Assembly: GCA_963705305.1 (NCBI GenBank)
Contig: OY970067.1
Span: forward strand, 3,648,001-3,712,000
Direction: 5' to 3'
DNA: 64,000 nucleotides
Source: an uncultured Methylomirabilota bacterium
Lineage (GTDB): Bacteria; Methylomirabilota; Methylomirabilia; Methylomirabilales; 2-02-FULL-66-22
A program made the translations under genes and the position numbers. The notes beneath the pieces were generated by a model that made no database searches, was not told the DNA's origin, and saw nothing but the letters and a program-made list of their open reading frames with translations. Positions 38,476-48,627 of this stretch are shown here, one piece after another; within the stretch, counting starts at the first letter, position 1, and each line of letters opens with the position of its first letter.

Positions 38476-41400
38476 CTAGCCCTTCTCGATCTCCGGGTTC
38501 GGGTTTCGGATCTTGGCCAGATAGCTGGTGCGCGGCCGGACGTTCAATTCCGTGAGCATGGCGTAATTGCGCGGATCGGCCTTCAGCTTGGCGACCCGGC
38601 TGTTGGGATCGTTGATGTTGCCGAAGACGATGGCCTGGGTGGGGCAGGTCTGCTGGCAGGCGGTCAGGATCTCGCCGTCCTTGACCTGCCGCTCCTGCTT
38701 CTCAGCCTCGATCTTGGCGGCATTGATGCGCTGGACGCAGTAGGTGCACTTCTCCATGACCCCGCGGCTGCGCACCGTGACATTGGGGTTGCGCAGGCCC
38801 TTGAGGCTCTCGGTCTCGAAGTCCGCGTAGCCGAAGAAGTTGAATCGGCGGACTTTGTAGGGGCAATTGTTGGAGCAGTAGCGGGTCCCCACGCAGCGGT
38901 TGTAGACCATGTCGTTCAACCCCTCGGCGCTGTGCTGGGTGGCGCCCACGGGGCAGACCAGCTCGCAGGGGGCGTTCTCGCAGTGCATGCAGGGGACCGG
39001 CTGCTGGTGAATCTGGGGATTGTCCGGGTCGCCCTGGTAGTAGCGGTCGATACGGATCCAGTGCATCTCGCGGCCCGCCATCACCTGGTCCTTGCCGACG
39101 ATGGGGGCGTTGTTCTCCGCCTCGCAGGCCACCACGCAGGCGTTGCATCCCGTGCAGGCGGTCAGGTCGATGGCCATACCCCAGGCGTAGCCCTCGTAGG
39201 AGTAGCCGGGGTAGAGCGTGAGCCCGGGTTTGGGAGGCTCGTCCATCTCCTGGGCGAAGGCGGGATGCTTGCGGTACTCCTCCACATCCCCCACCCGCAA
39301 GAGATGGCGGCCCTCCATCGTGTTGTGGAACTGGGTGCAGGCCATGGGGTACTGGCCGGCCGCCTTGACGACTTCCAGGCCCGGCCCGAACTCGGGCGCC
39401 TCCGAGGTCCGCAGGTGGTAAATGTCGAAGCCCGTGCCGGTTCCCACGTGACCGGCCCGGGCCCGGCCGTAGCCGTAGAACACGGTGACGGACCCGTCTG
39501 GGTGGCCGGCCTGAATCCAGGCGGGCAGCCGGAGCGTCCGGCCACCGTAGCGGAGCTCAATGAGGTCCACGTAGGTGGTCCCGTGCTCGCCACCCCGCAC
39601 GGCGATGTCGTAGGAGAGCCCCAGGCGCTGGGCCAGGGCCGGGCTCACCAGAGCAGCATTGTCCCAGGTCGTCCGGGTGAGAGGCTTGGGAAGCTCCTGC
39701 AGCCAACCGTTGTTGGCGTAGCGGCCGTCCCAGACCGTCGGGTCGGGACGGAAGATGATCTCCAGGGCGCCGCGCGCGGCGGCCGGCGCGTCCGCCGGTT
39801 GCTTCCAGCCCTGCCCCGAGAGCGTCACCGGCCGCGTCGGGAGTGCGGTTCCGGCCACGATCCCGTCGTGCAGGCTCTTCCGCCAGAAGAAGTCGAAGTC
39901 CGCAGCCTTGTGCACCGCCTGCCAGTAGCCCCGGACGATGTCGTGGCCGGAGGCGTTGGGATTCCCCAGGAGCAGCGCCAAGAGCTCGTGCACTGACCTC
40001 CCCTGGTACAGCGGGGCGATGAGGGGCTGGAGGATGGTGACCGTGCCGTCGTAGGCGCGGACGTCGCTCCAGGTCTCCAGGTAGTGGGTCTCGGGAATGT
40101 GCCAGTGGCAGAGCTCAGAGGTCTCGTCGCGATAGAGGCTGAGGTGGACGCGCAGTCTCACCTTGCTCATCCGCTCGCCGAACCGGAGATCCGCCGGGGC
40201 CGTGAAGACCGGATTGGCGTCCAGGATAATCAGGAGGTCCACCGCCCCGGCCTCCATGTCCCCCGCCAGCTCGCGAAGCGACGCCATCTGGTCCACAGGG
40301 TTGGCCTCGACCGGATCGGTGTAGATGATGCAGCCGCCCACGCTGCCTAGGGCGTGGTTCATGGCGTGGGCCAGCGCGTGCACCACGGCGGGCTGATGCT
40401 CCCCGGCGACCACCAGGCTGTAGCCGCGGTGCTGCATGAGGTCCCGCGCCACGGCGGCGATCCATGGGGTGTGGGCCGGCGCGGGAGGCGGGCCAGCTTC
40501 GGCCTCGCTCAGCACACCCAGCGCCACCGCCACGGCCCGCGCGAATCCCTCGATCTCGCCGGCCCGCAGGGGAAGGCGGTGATCCGCCATGGCGCCCGTG
40601 TTCGTGGGGGTGCTCTCCACGGCGTAGAGACGGTTCATCGTCGCCCCCGGTCCCTGGGGGCGCCGCCGGGCCGCAAAATCATGGGCATAGCGCACGCTGC
40701 CGGGTCCCGCGGTCAGGAGGTCGGAGTCCAGGGCCAGGATCACGTCGGCCTTGTCCAGCCGGTAGGTGGTGTGCACGATCTCGCCGAAAGCCAGCTTGGC
40801 CCCCTGCCGGACGCCGTCGCGGCTGACCGGTTCGTATTGATGCCACTTGGTTCCGGGATAGGCCGCCAGGAACGCCCGGATCTGCGCGGCCAGGGTCGGG
40901 GAGGTGACGGTCTCGGTCAGGATGCGGATCCGGCCGCCTCCGCCGGCCCGCTGCAGGTCGAGGAACGCCCCGATCTCGCCGAAGAAGGCGCTCCAGGTGC
41001 TGATGACCCCCGCCCGGGTCACCGCCTGGGCCCGGTCGGGGTCGTACAGCCCGAGGACGGAGGTCTGGGCGAAGACGTCGGCGGCGCCTAGGCTGGCCGG
41101 GTGCAGCGGGTTCCCCTCGACCTTGGTGGGCCGGCCCATGTGGCTTTCCGCCAGGAGTCCCAGACCATAGCCCTGCTGCGGCATGGCGGTGGCGTAAAAG
41201 AGCGGCGTGCCCGGGACGATCTCTTCGGGCTGCCGCACGTAGGGCACGATCTTCTCGTCGGTCGGCGCCGCCGCGGGAGAACAGGCGGTGAGGCCGGCCA
41301 TCGCCATGGAGGCCCCCATGAGCTTCAGGAAGGTGCGGCGGCCAACGGCGTCCAGCGGCTCGATCACCGCATGCGGGAACTCACGGTGGAGCAGCTCGCG

Positions 41401-41538
41401 AAAGGCCTCGGTGTCGGCCAGCTCCTCCAGACTCCGCCAGTAGTCGCGTCCCCGGGCGGAGGCCAGCCGCTCGCGCAGGGAGGCTAAATCGACCTCGCTC
41501 CGCTGCCGTCCTTGTCCACTTTCGTGATCGTCGGTCAT
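38476..41538 (-). CDS. actB: alternative complex III subunit ActB (molybdopterin-oxidoreductase-like + Fe-S domain)
   Basis: 'YWRSLEEL', Tat 'RRTFLK', 'GRPTKVEGNP.HP', CTGCNACVVAC, CMHCENAPC, CVGTRYCSNNCPY, 'RSRGVMEKC'. Confidence 0.95.
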   Translation of the reverse strand: MTDDHESGQGRQRSEVDLASLRERLASARGRDYWRSLEELADTEAFRELLHREFPHAVIEPLDAVGRRTFLKLMGASMAMAGLTACSPAAAPTDEKIVPYVRQPEEIVPGTPLFYATAMPQQGYGLGLLAESHMGRPTKVEGNPLHPASLGAADVFAQTSVLGLYDPDRAQAVTRAGVISTWSAFFGEIGAFLDLQRAGGGGRIRILTETVTSPTLAAQIRAFLAAYPGTKWHQYEPVSRDGVRQGAKLAFGEIVHTTYRLDKADVILALDSDLLTAGPGSVRYAHDFAARRRPQGPGATMNRLYAVESTPTNTGAMADHRLPLRAGEIEGFARAVAVALGVLSEAEAGPPPAPAHTPWIAAVARDLMQHRGYSLVVAGEHQPAVVHALAHAMNHALGSVGGCIIYTDPVEANPVDQMASLRELAGDMEAGAVDLLIILDANPVFTAPADLRFGERMSKVRLRVHLSLYRDETSELCHWHIPETHYLETWSDVRAYDGTVTILQPLIAPLYQGRSVHELLALLLGNPNASGHDIVRGYWQAVHKAADFDFFWRKSLHDGIVAGTALPTRPVTLSGQGWKQPADAPAAARGALEIIFRPDPTVWDGRYANNGWLQELPKPLTRTTWDNAALVSPALAQRLGLSYDIAVRGGEHGTTYVDLIELRYGGRTLRLPAWIQAGHPDGSVTVFYGYGRARAGHVGTGTGFDIYHLRTSEAPEFGPGLEVVKAAGQYPMACTQFHNTMEGRHLLRVGDVEEYRKHPAFAQEMDEPPKPGLTLYPGYSYEGYAWGMAIDLTACTGCNACVVACEAENNAPIVGKDQVMAGREMHWIRIDRYYQGDPDNPQIHQQPVPCMHCENAPCELVCPVGATQHSAEGLNDMVYNRCVGTRYCSNNCPYKVRRFNFFGYADFETESLKGLRNPNVTVRSRGVMEKCTYCVQRINAAKIEAEKQERQVKDGEILTACQQTCPTQAIVFGNINDPNSRVAKLKADPRNYAMLTELNVRPRTSYLAKIRNPNPEIEKG

Positions 41539-41550
41539 GGCCTCGACTCG

Positions 41551-42210
41551 TCAGCGGTGACAGGTGGAGCAGCTCGTGAGCAGGCGCACGCTCTGGATCT
41601 TGTACTCCTTCACCAGGCGGCGTCCCATCGTCAGCTGATCCTCCGTCGGCTGCCAATCCATGCTGAAGACCCGCTCGCGGGGCCGGATGAAGCGCTCCGG
41701 GGCCCGGTGGCATTCCAGGCACCAATCCATGTACAGGGTGTTGGCGCGCCAGGTGAGCGGCATCTGATCGACGCGGCCGTGGCAGGTCACGCACCCGATT
41801 CCCTTGTTCACGTGGATGCTGTGGTTGAAGTAGACGAAGCCGGGAAGGTTGTTTACCCGAACCCACTCCAGGGACCGGCCGGTGCGGAAGCTGGCCCGGA
41901 CGGGCTCCAGCATGGGGCTCTCGGACCAGATCTGGCTGTGGCAGTTCATGCAGGTCTGGGTGGGCGGGATGCCGGCGAAGGACGAGGTTTCGACCGAGGT
42001 GTGGCAATAGCGGCAATCGATCCCGTCGTCACCGACGTGGTGCTTGTGGCTGAAGGGGACGGGCTGTATTCGCGGCACGCCGACCATGGTGACCCAGGAG
42101 GAGAAGAAGAACGTCCAGAGAGCCCACCCGAGGCCGGCGGCGATGATTATCGCCCCGTACAGGCTCGCACGGGCGAGGACGTTCGTACTCCGATGAAAGA
42201 TCTGCGCCAT
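41551..42210 (-). CDS. actA: alternative complex III pentaheme cytochrome ActA
   Basis: MAQIF start, TM segment, five CxxCH motifs (CRYCH, CMNCH, CVTCH, CLECH, CSTCH). Confidence 0.95.
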   Translation of the reverse strand: MAQIFHRSTNVLARASLYGAIIIAAGLGWALWTFFFSSWVTMVGVPRIQPVPFSHKHHVGDDGIDCRYCHTSVETSSFAGIPPTQTCMNCHSQIWSESPMLEPVRASFRTGRSLEWVRVNNLPGFVYFNHSIHVNKGIGCVTCHGRVDQMPLTWRANTLYMDWCLECHRAPERFIRPRERVFSMDWQPTEDQLTMGRRLVKEYKIQSVRLLTSCSTCHR

Positions 42211-42507
42211 GTATGAGATTTGGATGTGATGCTGTTGAGATGCACTCAGGAATCGATACGGGCATCCTAGGGTAGTAAGAAATTCTTGCCAACCCAAAAA
42301 AGAGGGGAGCGGTACAATTTAAAGACGCGTGAGGCGCGCGGTGCCCGGCCGGGGCTATCCGTGCCGCGCTTGCCATGGTACAGTGACGCGCGAAACGATC
42401 GCGACGCGGTCGCAGCATCCGGGCGGACGCCGGTCATCGCTGCGGCGGCCACCGGCTGGCGTCGCGGGCCCGCCCGGGATGGGACGGAGAGAAGAAGGAT
42501 TCCGGAT

Positions 42508-43467
42508 ATGGAGCGTTCCCAGCCTGTGCTGGAGATCGAGAACCTCCGGCACGTGTACGGCGACCGGGAGGCGCTGGCCGGCGTGAGCCTCAGCGTGTCC
42601 CGGCGGGAGATCTTCGGCTTGCTCGGCCCCAACGGCGGCGGCAAGACCACCATGTTCAAGATTCTCTCCACGCTCATGCCGGCCACGGCGGGGCGGGTGC
42701 GTGTGTTCGAGCACGACCTTCGCCTCGAGGCGCGCCACGTCCGGCGGCATCTGGGCATCGTGTTCCAGCACCCCAGCCTGGATCCGAAGCTGACGGCGGC
42801 AGAGAATCTCGTCCACCACGGGCACCTGTACGGCATGCAGGGGGCATCTCTCAAGCAGCGGACCCAGGCGCTCCTCGGCCAGCTGGGCCTCTCCGAGCGG
42901 GCCCGTGATCGGGTGGAGACCCTGTCCGGCGGCCTGCAGCGTCGTGTGGAGCTGGCCAAGGCACTGGTCCACCAGCCCGACCTGCTCCTCCTGGACGAGC
43001 CAAGCACCGGCCTCGACCCGGGGGCGCGACGGGATTTCACGGCCTACCTCGCCCGCCTGCGGGACGAGGAGGGGGTCACGGCGGTGTTGACGACCCACAT
43101 CCTGGAGGAGGCGGAGCGCTGCGATCGCGTCGGCATACTCCACCAGGGACGGCTGGTGGCGCTGGGAACGCCGGACGAGCTGAAGGGGCGCGTCGGCGGG
43201 GACGTGGTGGTGATCCGATCCGCCATCCCCGACATCCTGCGGGGCAAGCTGCAGGAGCGGTTTGCCTGCGAGCCCCGGCTGGTGAACGGCTGGCTGCGTG
43301 TCGAACTGGCGCGCGGCCACGAGTTCGTGCGGGAGGTGGTGGACGCTTTCCCGGGAGACGTGGATTCCATCACGTTCGGCAAGCCGACGCTGGAAGACGT
43401 GTTCATCCGGCTGACCGGGAGCCGCCTGTGGGACGAGGCCGGTCCGGAGGAGGGAGCCTCGTCGTGA
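42508..43467 (+). CDS. ABC-2 type exporter ATP-binding protein
   Basis: GPNGGGKTT, LSGG, LLDEPSTGLDP, TTH, 'PTLEDVF'. Confidence 0.92.
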   Translation: MERSQPVLEIENLRHVYGDREALAGVSLSVSRREIFGLLGPNGGGKTTMFKILSTLMPATAGRVRVFEHDLRLEARHVRRHLGIVFQHPSLDPKLTAAENLVHHGHLYGMQGASLKQRTQALLGQLGLSERARDRVETLSGGLQRRVELAKALVHQPDLLLLDEPSTGLDPGARRDFTAYLARLRDEEGVTAVLTTHILEEAERCDRVGILHQGRLVALGTPDELKGRVGGDVVVIRSAIPDILRGKLQERFACEPRLVNGWLRVELARGHEFVREVVDAFPGDVDSITFGKPTLEDVFIRLTGSRLWDEAGPEEGASS

Positions 43468-44246
43468 GAACGTTCGCACTGGCCGTCCTGACGCTCTGGT
43501 GGCGGGAGATGGTGCGATTCTGCCGGCAGCGCAGCCGGCTGATCGGGGCATTCGTCCAGCCGCTGGTGTTCTGGCTGCTCTTGGGCGGAGGGCTCCAGGC
43601 GTCCTTCCAGCCGCCGGGGACGCCCCGCGGCACGGGATACGTGGAGTACATCTATCCGGGCATCATCGCCATGGTCCTGCTCTTCACCGCCATCTTCGCC
43701 ACCATCGCCGTGGTCGAGGACCGCCGCGAGGGCTTCCTGCAGGGAGTCCTGGTGGCCCCCGTGCCGCGGTCCGGCATCGTCCTGGGGCAGGCCATGGGCT
43801 GCACCACCCTGGCGGTGATGCAAGGAGTCATCTTCCTCCTCTTGGCGCCCCTGGCCGGCATCGGCCTGACGATGGCCTCAATCCTGTGGGTGACGGGGGT
43901 CATGGCCCTGGTCGCCTTCGGCCTGGCCAGCCTCAGCCTGATCATCGCCTGGCGGCTAGACTCCACGCAGGGATTTCACGCCATCATGAACCTCATCCTG
44001 CTGCCGATGTGGGTCCTGTCGGGGGCATTTTTCCCCGCCACGGGCCTGCCCGGATGGATCCAATGGATCATGCGGCTGAATCCGCTGACCTACGGCGTCG
44101 CGGCCCTCCGCCGCTGCCTGTATCTGGGGACCCCTAGCGCCGCAGGGGCGGTGCCGGGACTGGCGCCCGCCCTCTGGATCAGCCTGGCCTTCGGTGTCCT
44201 GTCCTTCGCCGCGGCCACGCGTGTCGCCTACCGCAAGGTCGCGTGA
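43464..44246 (+). CDS. ABC-2 type exporter permease
   Basis: 'EDRREGFLQGVLVAP', 'LSGAFFP', 'NPLTYGV'. Confidence 0.9.
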   Translation: MRTFALAVLTLWWREMVRFCRQRSRLIGAFVQPLVFWLLLGGGLQASFQPPGTPRGTGYVEYIYPGIIAMVLLFTAIFATIAVVEDRREGFLQGVLVAPVPRSGIVLGQAMGCTTLAVMQGVIFLLLAPLAGIGLTMASILWVTGVMALVAFGLASLSLIIAWRLDSTQGFHAIMNLILLPMWVLSGAFFPATGLPGWIQWIMRLNPLTYGVAALRRCLYLGTPSAAGAVPGLAPALWISLAFGVLSFAAATRVAYRKVA

Positions 44247-44299
44247 GGGGCCCGGCCGTTCTCCATGCCGCTGCACTAGTCGTGCGGCGTCATTTCTAT

Positions 44300-44508
44300 C
44301 AACATGCTGAATGTCTCGTTTTTGCTCAGGCTGCTCAAAAAGGCCCAGATGCAAGGCGCCGCGCCGGGTACCCGCCCGTAGGGTGGGTGCAGGCGCGAGG
44401 CGTACTCAGCGGGTACGTCGCAGCGCCGCGGGAGCGCGCGGGTACCCGGCCGAAGGCTGGGCACCCATCAGATGGGTACCCGGCAGATGGGACTTTTTCA
44501 GCAGCCTG
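44300..44508 (+). mobile_element. MITE copy 3 (long variant)
   Basis: CAGGCTGCTCAAAAAGGCCCAGATGCAAGGCG ... CAGATGGGACTTTTTCAGCAGCCTG; flanks CTAT/CTGT (one mismatch). Confidence 0.8.
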
Positions 44509-44523
44509 CTGTGGAGGCCTGAC

Positions 44524-44952
44524 GTGATCAGCCTGGCGAACTGGATCCTCTGGGGGCACCTGCTGGCGATGGGCGTGTGGCTGGGCGGGGCGACGATCGT
44601 GCTGCTGGCGATCCTGCCGGGTACGGGGCCGGAGGTGGCGGCCGCTTCCAGGCGGGCCCATTTCATCACCTCGCGCGCCATTGAGCTCCTGGTGCTGACC
44701 GGGGTGCTGAACATCCTGGTCCGCAGCTTCTGGGGCTCGCCGGCGTTCAGTGGCCCGTTCTTCGGCTTGATCTCGGTGAAGACGGGCCTCCTGGTGGCGA
44801 TGGCCGGACTTCAGATCTGGATGGGTCTGGCCTGGAAGCGTGCCGGGGACGATCTCGGCGCGGCCGTACGACGGGCCCGGCTGGGACTCAGCGCGCAACT
44901 CGTGCTGGGCGCCGTGGCAGTCCTGGTCGGGCTGAGCCTGGTAGCGACATAG
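44524..44952 (+). CDS. four-TM membrane protein (CopD-like N-terminal motif)
   Basis: 'HLLAMGVWLGG', 'LTGVLN', 'VKTGL'. GGAGG before GTG. Confidence 0.7.
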   Translation: MISLANWILWGHLLAMGVWLGGATIVLLAILPGTGPEVAAASRRAHFITSRAIELLVLTGVLNILVRSFWGSPAFSGPFFGLISVKTGLLVAMAGLQIWMGLAWKRAGDDLGAAVRRARLGLSAQLVLGAVAVLVGLSLVAT

Positions 44953-45146
44953 GCGGGAAAATGGGGCGAGTGGCAGGATACAGCGCTGGCCCCTCTCCGA
45001 CCAAATGATCCCTGCGGGTAGCCGGGATGAATTCAATCTTGTATGAGGATCTTTCTGCTTTTTCTTGACCGCGGCTGAAACCCCTTGGTGCACCTCTACT
45101 GCCGAGTCCCCGTGCAAAATCATGCGTTTTCATCCTCACTTTTCTC

Positions 45147-45200
45147 TTGACAAGCCCAACATGTAGGGCATATAAGATAACGCCACCCTAGAAAATGGAC
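45147..45200 (+). promoter_or_regulatory. nrdJ promoter with tandem NrdR boxes
   Basis: TTGACA at 45147. Boxes GCCCAACATGTAGGGC (45154) and ACCCTAGAAAATGGAC (45185) are 31 bp apart and resemble acaCwAtATaTwGtgt. Confidence 0.7.
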
Positions 45201-45404
45201 CAATCGGATGTTTGGTTTGCTTCGAAAAGGCCTTGAGGCGACAGGAGAAACGGATCAGGTGCGCCAAGCCTTGGCTCGAAGCAATTCCCGCTGCAAGGCA
45301 GGTTGCGCCCCCTACAGGCTGAACCAAGCTCTCTTGCCAATTTAGAACAAATCGGGGGCTCCCCGAGGGGCGTTCCCCCGGCCTCACAACGGAGGATATC
45401 CGCC

Positions 45405-47720
45405 ATGGCAGAGCTCACGCGGCCGTTGAAACAGGGCCAGTGGTCCGAATCCGCCCTCCGAGTGCTGCGCGAGCGATACCTCGACCGCGAGAGAGGGAGT
45501 GCCGGCGGGGAGCCCGTCGAGACCCCGGAGGACATGTGCTGGCGAGTGGCGGCGGCCATCGCCCAAGCCGAGGCCACCTGGGGGAAGACCCAGGATCAGA
45601 TCCATGAGGTGGCCAGCCGCTTTTACGAGCTGATGGTGGACGGCCTGTTTCTGCCCAACTCGCCGACGCTGATGAATGCCGGGAAGGATAATGGTCTGCA
45701 GTATTCGGCCTGCTTCGTCTTGCCGGTCGGGGACTCCATGGACGAGATCTTCGAGGCGGTGAAGCGGGCGGCCATCATCCACAAGAGCGGGGGCGGGACC
45801 GGGTTCGCCTTCTCGCGCCTCCGGCCCAAGGATACGGCCGTGCGCTCCACGGGGGGCAGGGCCAGCGGCCCCATGAGCTTCCTGCGGGTCTTCAACGGGG
45901 CCACCGAGGCGGTAAAGCAGGGGGGGACCCGGCGGGGCGCCAACATGGGAATCCTGAAGGTGGACCACCCCGACATCCTGGAGTTCATCCATTGCAAGAT
46001 GGACGGGGGGATCGCCAACTTCAACATCTCCGTCTCCATCACCGAGCCGTTCATGCAGGCCCTGGCGAAGGACAGCGAGTATGATCTAGTGGATCCCCAT
46101 ACCAAGCAGGTCACCGGCCGCCTGCGGGCGCGCGACGTCTTCGACCGCATCGTCCAGGCGGCCTGGCAGACGGGGGACCCGGGGCTGGTCTTCATCGATC
46201 GGGTGAACCGGGGCCCCGCCAACCCGGTGCCGGAGCTGGAGACGATCGAGGCGACGAATCCCTGCGGCGAGCAGCCGCTGGCCCCCAACGACGCCTGCAA
46301 CCTGGGATCCATCAACCTGGACAAGTTCGTGCGGCCCGGAACGCCGTCGGCGCCCGTGGCCTGGGACGAACTGGAGCGCGTGGTACGCCTGTCGGTGCGA
46401 TTCCTGGACGACGTGATCCAGGTAAATCCGTACCCCCTGCCGGAGATCCTGCAAGAAGTTCAGGCCAACCGGCGGATCGGCCTGGGGGTCATGGGCTGGG
46501 CGGACCTCCTGATCCAGCTCGGCATCCCGTACGACAGCGACGAGGCCCTGGCGCTGGCGGGCAAGGCGATGGAGTTCATCACGACCATCGGCCGGGATGA
46601 GTCGGCCCGCCTGGCGGAAGAGCGCGGCCCCTTCCCCAACTGGTCGAGCAGCATCTACCGCGACGGCCGGCCCGTGCGGAACTCGACCGTGACCACCATC
46701 GCACCCACCGGGACCATCAGCATCATCGCGGGCTGCTCGTCGGGGATCGAGCCGCTGTTCGCCATTGCCTTCAGCCACATCGTGGGTGATCGGCATCTGA
46801 CGTTCGCCAACCCCCACTTCCAGGCGGTGGCCCTGCGGCGGGGCTTCTCCAGCCCCGAGCTGATGGATACGGTGGCCAAAGAGGGGACCCTGCACGGGGT
46901 CACCGAGGTCCCGGAAGACGTCCGGCGCGTCTTCGTCACTGCCCACGAGATCGCCCCCGAGTGGCATGTCCGGATGCAGGCGGCTTTCCAGCGGCATACC
47001 GACAACGGGGTGTCCAAGACGATCAACCTCCCGAACTCGGCCACGCCCGAGGATGTGGCGGGGGCCTACCGGCTGGCCTATGACCTCGGCTGTCTGGGGA
47101 TCACCGTATTCCGCGACGGCTGCAAGGCCGCCCATGGGGGGCAGGTCCTGCACGTGGGCACCGCCGCCGCTGCGGAGGGGAAGGGGAAGGCAACGGAGGT
47201 CGAGACCGTCACTCCAAAGACGGACACTTCGGTGAAGCCGCGGCCGCGGACGCTGCGCGGGGTGACGTATCGGGTGGATACGCCCCTGGGGACCGGCTAC
47301 GTCCATGTGAACCAGGGTCCGAGCGGCGAGCCCTTCGAGATCTTCCTCAACGTGGGGAAAGCCGGAAGCAACGTCCAGGCCGACGCCGAGGCCCTGGGCC
47401 GGCTGATCTCTCTCATCCTGCGCATGCCGTCCTCTCTCTCCCCGCGCGAGCGGGTGGAGCAGATGGTCAAGCAGCTGGATCGGATCGGCGGCCGGCGTGA
47501 CGCCGGCATGGGCCCCGGTCGGGTGCGCTCCATCCCCGATGCCGTGGCCCAGGTCCTGGCAGAGCATGTGGGGCTGCGCGAGCCTGGCGAGGAGCACGTC
47601 CGCGAGGCGCGCGAGGGCCGGGTGAAGGCGACGGACATGTGTCCGGAGTGCCAGAATTTCACCCTGGTCTTCGAAGAAGGCTGCCAGAAGTGCCACGTCT
47701 GCGGGTTCAGCGAATGCTGA
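45405..47720 (+). CDS. nrdJ: class II (B12-dependent) ribonucleotide reductase with TSCPD-like and Zn-ribbon C-terminus
   Basis: FLPNSPTLMNAG, SACFV, KQGGTRRGANM, ATNPCGEQ, TIAPTGT, SKTIN, terminal CPEC...EGCQKCHVCGFSEC. No adjacent nrdB. Confidence 0.93.
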   Translation: MAELTRPLKQGQWSESALRVLRERYLDRERGSAGGEPVETPEDMCWRVAAAIAQAEATWGKTQDQIHEVASRFYELMVDGLFLPNSPTLMNAGKDNGLQYSACFVLPVGDSMDEIFEAVKRAAIIHKSGGGTGFAFSRLRPKDTAVRSTGGRASGPMSFLRVFNGATEAVKQGGTRRGANMGILKVDHPDILEFIHCKMDGGIANFNISVSITEPFMQALAKDSEYDLVDPHTKQVTGRLRARDVFDRIVQAAWQTGDPGLVFIDRVNRGPANPVPELETIEATNPCGEQPLAPNDACNLGSINLDKFVRPGTPSAPVAWDELERVVRLSVRFLDDVIQVNPYPLPEILQEVQANRRIGLGVMGWADLLIQLGIPYDSDEALALAGKAMEFITTIGRDESARLAEERGPFPNWSSSIYRDGRPVRNSTVTTIAPTGTISIIAGCSSGIEPLFAIAFSHIVGDRHLTFANPHFQAVALRRGFSSPELMDTVAKEGTLHGVTEVPEDVRRVFVTAHEIAPEWHVRMQAAFQRHTDNGVSKTINLPNSATPEDVAGAYRLAYDLGCLGITVFRDGCKAAHGGQVLHVGTAAAAEGKGKATEVETVTPKTDTSVKPRPRTLRGVTYRVDTPLGTGYVHVNQGPSGEPFEIFLNVGKAGSNVQADAEALGRLISLILRMPSSLSPRERVEQMVKQLDRIGGRRDAGMGPGRVRSIPDAVAQVLAEHVGLREPGEEHVREAREGRVKATDMCPECQNFTLVFEEGCQKCHVCGFSEC

Positions 47721-47780
47721 GGGGCGGCCGGCGCTGCTCTCTCGGCGCCTGATGGGAAGACGCGGAAGGAGAAGATCGGC

Positions 47781-48017
47781 GTGGATCAGTCGCAAGGCCA
47801 GCGCGGGACAGACAAGGATTATCTTGTGCTGAACCGGCCTTTCGCCGGCCTCTACGAGGAGATGGCGGAGGCGCTGGCGAAATACCCGGGGATCGAGGTG
47901 GTCGTGGATCGGCGCATGGCGAGTCGGGCGCGGGTTCCGGCCGATCTGTCGGCGATCAGTCGGCCCGAAGCGGAGGACGCCCCGCCAGGCAGCGAAGCGG
48001 CGTCGGTCGCCGGGTGA
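47781..48017 (+). CDS. hypothetical protein (78 aa)
   Basis: AAGGAG RBS; 'IEVVVDRR' motif. Confidence 0.6.
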   Translation: MDQSQGQRGTDKDYLVLNRPFAGLYEEMAEALAKYPGIEVVVDRRMASRARVPADLSAISRPEAEDAPPGSEAASVAG

Positions 48018-48066
48018 AACCTCGAACCGTGAACCTCGAACCTTTAACCTCAAACCTCGAACCGGA
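48017..48066 (+). repeat. AACCTCG heptamer tandem repeat
   Basis: About 7 degenerate units filling the spacer before dcd. Confidence 0.8.
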
Positions 48067-48072
48067 ACCCTC

Positions 48073-48627
48073 ATGTCCATCAAATCAGACGTATGGATCG
48101 CGCGGATGGCGAGAGAGCACAGGATGATCGAGCCGTTCGCGGAGAGCCAGGTCCGGGACGGGGTGATCTCGTACGGTGTCTCGTCCTACGGCTACGACAT
48201 CCGGGTAGCGGACGAGTTCAAGATCTTCACCAACATCAACTCCACCATTGTCGATCCCAAGCGATTCGACGAGCAGTCCTTCGTCAACTTCAAGGGAGGG
48301 GTCTGCATCATCCCTCCCAACTCCTTCGCCCTGGCCCGCACCTTGGAGTACTTCCGCATCCCCCGCAACGTCCTGACGATCTGTGTGGGGAAATCGACGT
48401 ACGCACGCTGTGGGATCATTGTGAACGTCACCCCGTTCGAGCCCGAGTGGGAAGGAACGGCGACCCTGGAAATCAGCAATACCACGCCGCTCCCGGCCAA
48501 GATCTACGCCAACGAAGGGATTGCCCAGGTAGTGTTCCTCGAAGCGGACGAGGTCTGCCAGACCTCCTATGCCGACAAGAAGGGCAAGTACCAGGCCCAG
48601 CGGGAGATCACGCTGCCCAGGATCTAA
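48073..48627 (+). CDS. dcd: dCTP deaminase
   Basis: 'MSIKSD.WI', '[11 protein letters not shown]', 'GKSTYARCG', '[10 protein letters not shown]', 'GKYQ.Q'. Confidence 0.96.
   Translation: MSIKSDVWIARMAREHRMIEPFAESQVRDGVISYGVSSYGYDIRVADEFKIFTNINSTIVDPKRFDEQSFVNFKGGVCIIPPNSFALARTLEYFRIPRNVLTICVGKSTYARCGIIVNVTPFEPEWEGTATLEISNTTPLPAKIYANEGIAQVVFLEADEVCQTSYADKKGKYQAQREITLPRI

Noticed and set aside
45200..45400. Cobalamin riboswitch upstream of nrdJ
   Set aside because: B12-box and other core consensus elements were not found by eye.
45405..47720. Intein in NrdJ (or in RtcB)
   Set aside because: Lengths are normal, motifs are contiguous, and no intein-terminal HN-C/S/T signature was seen.
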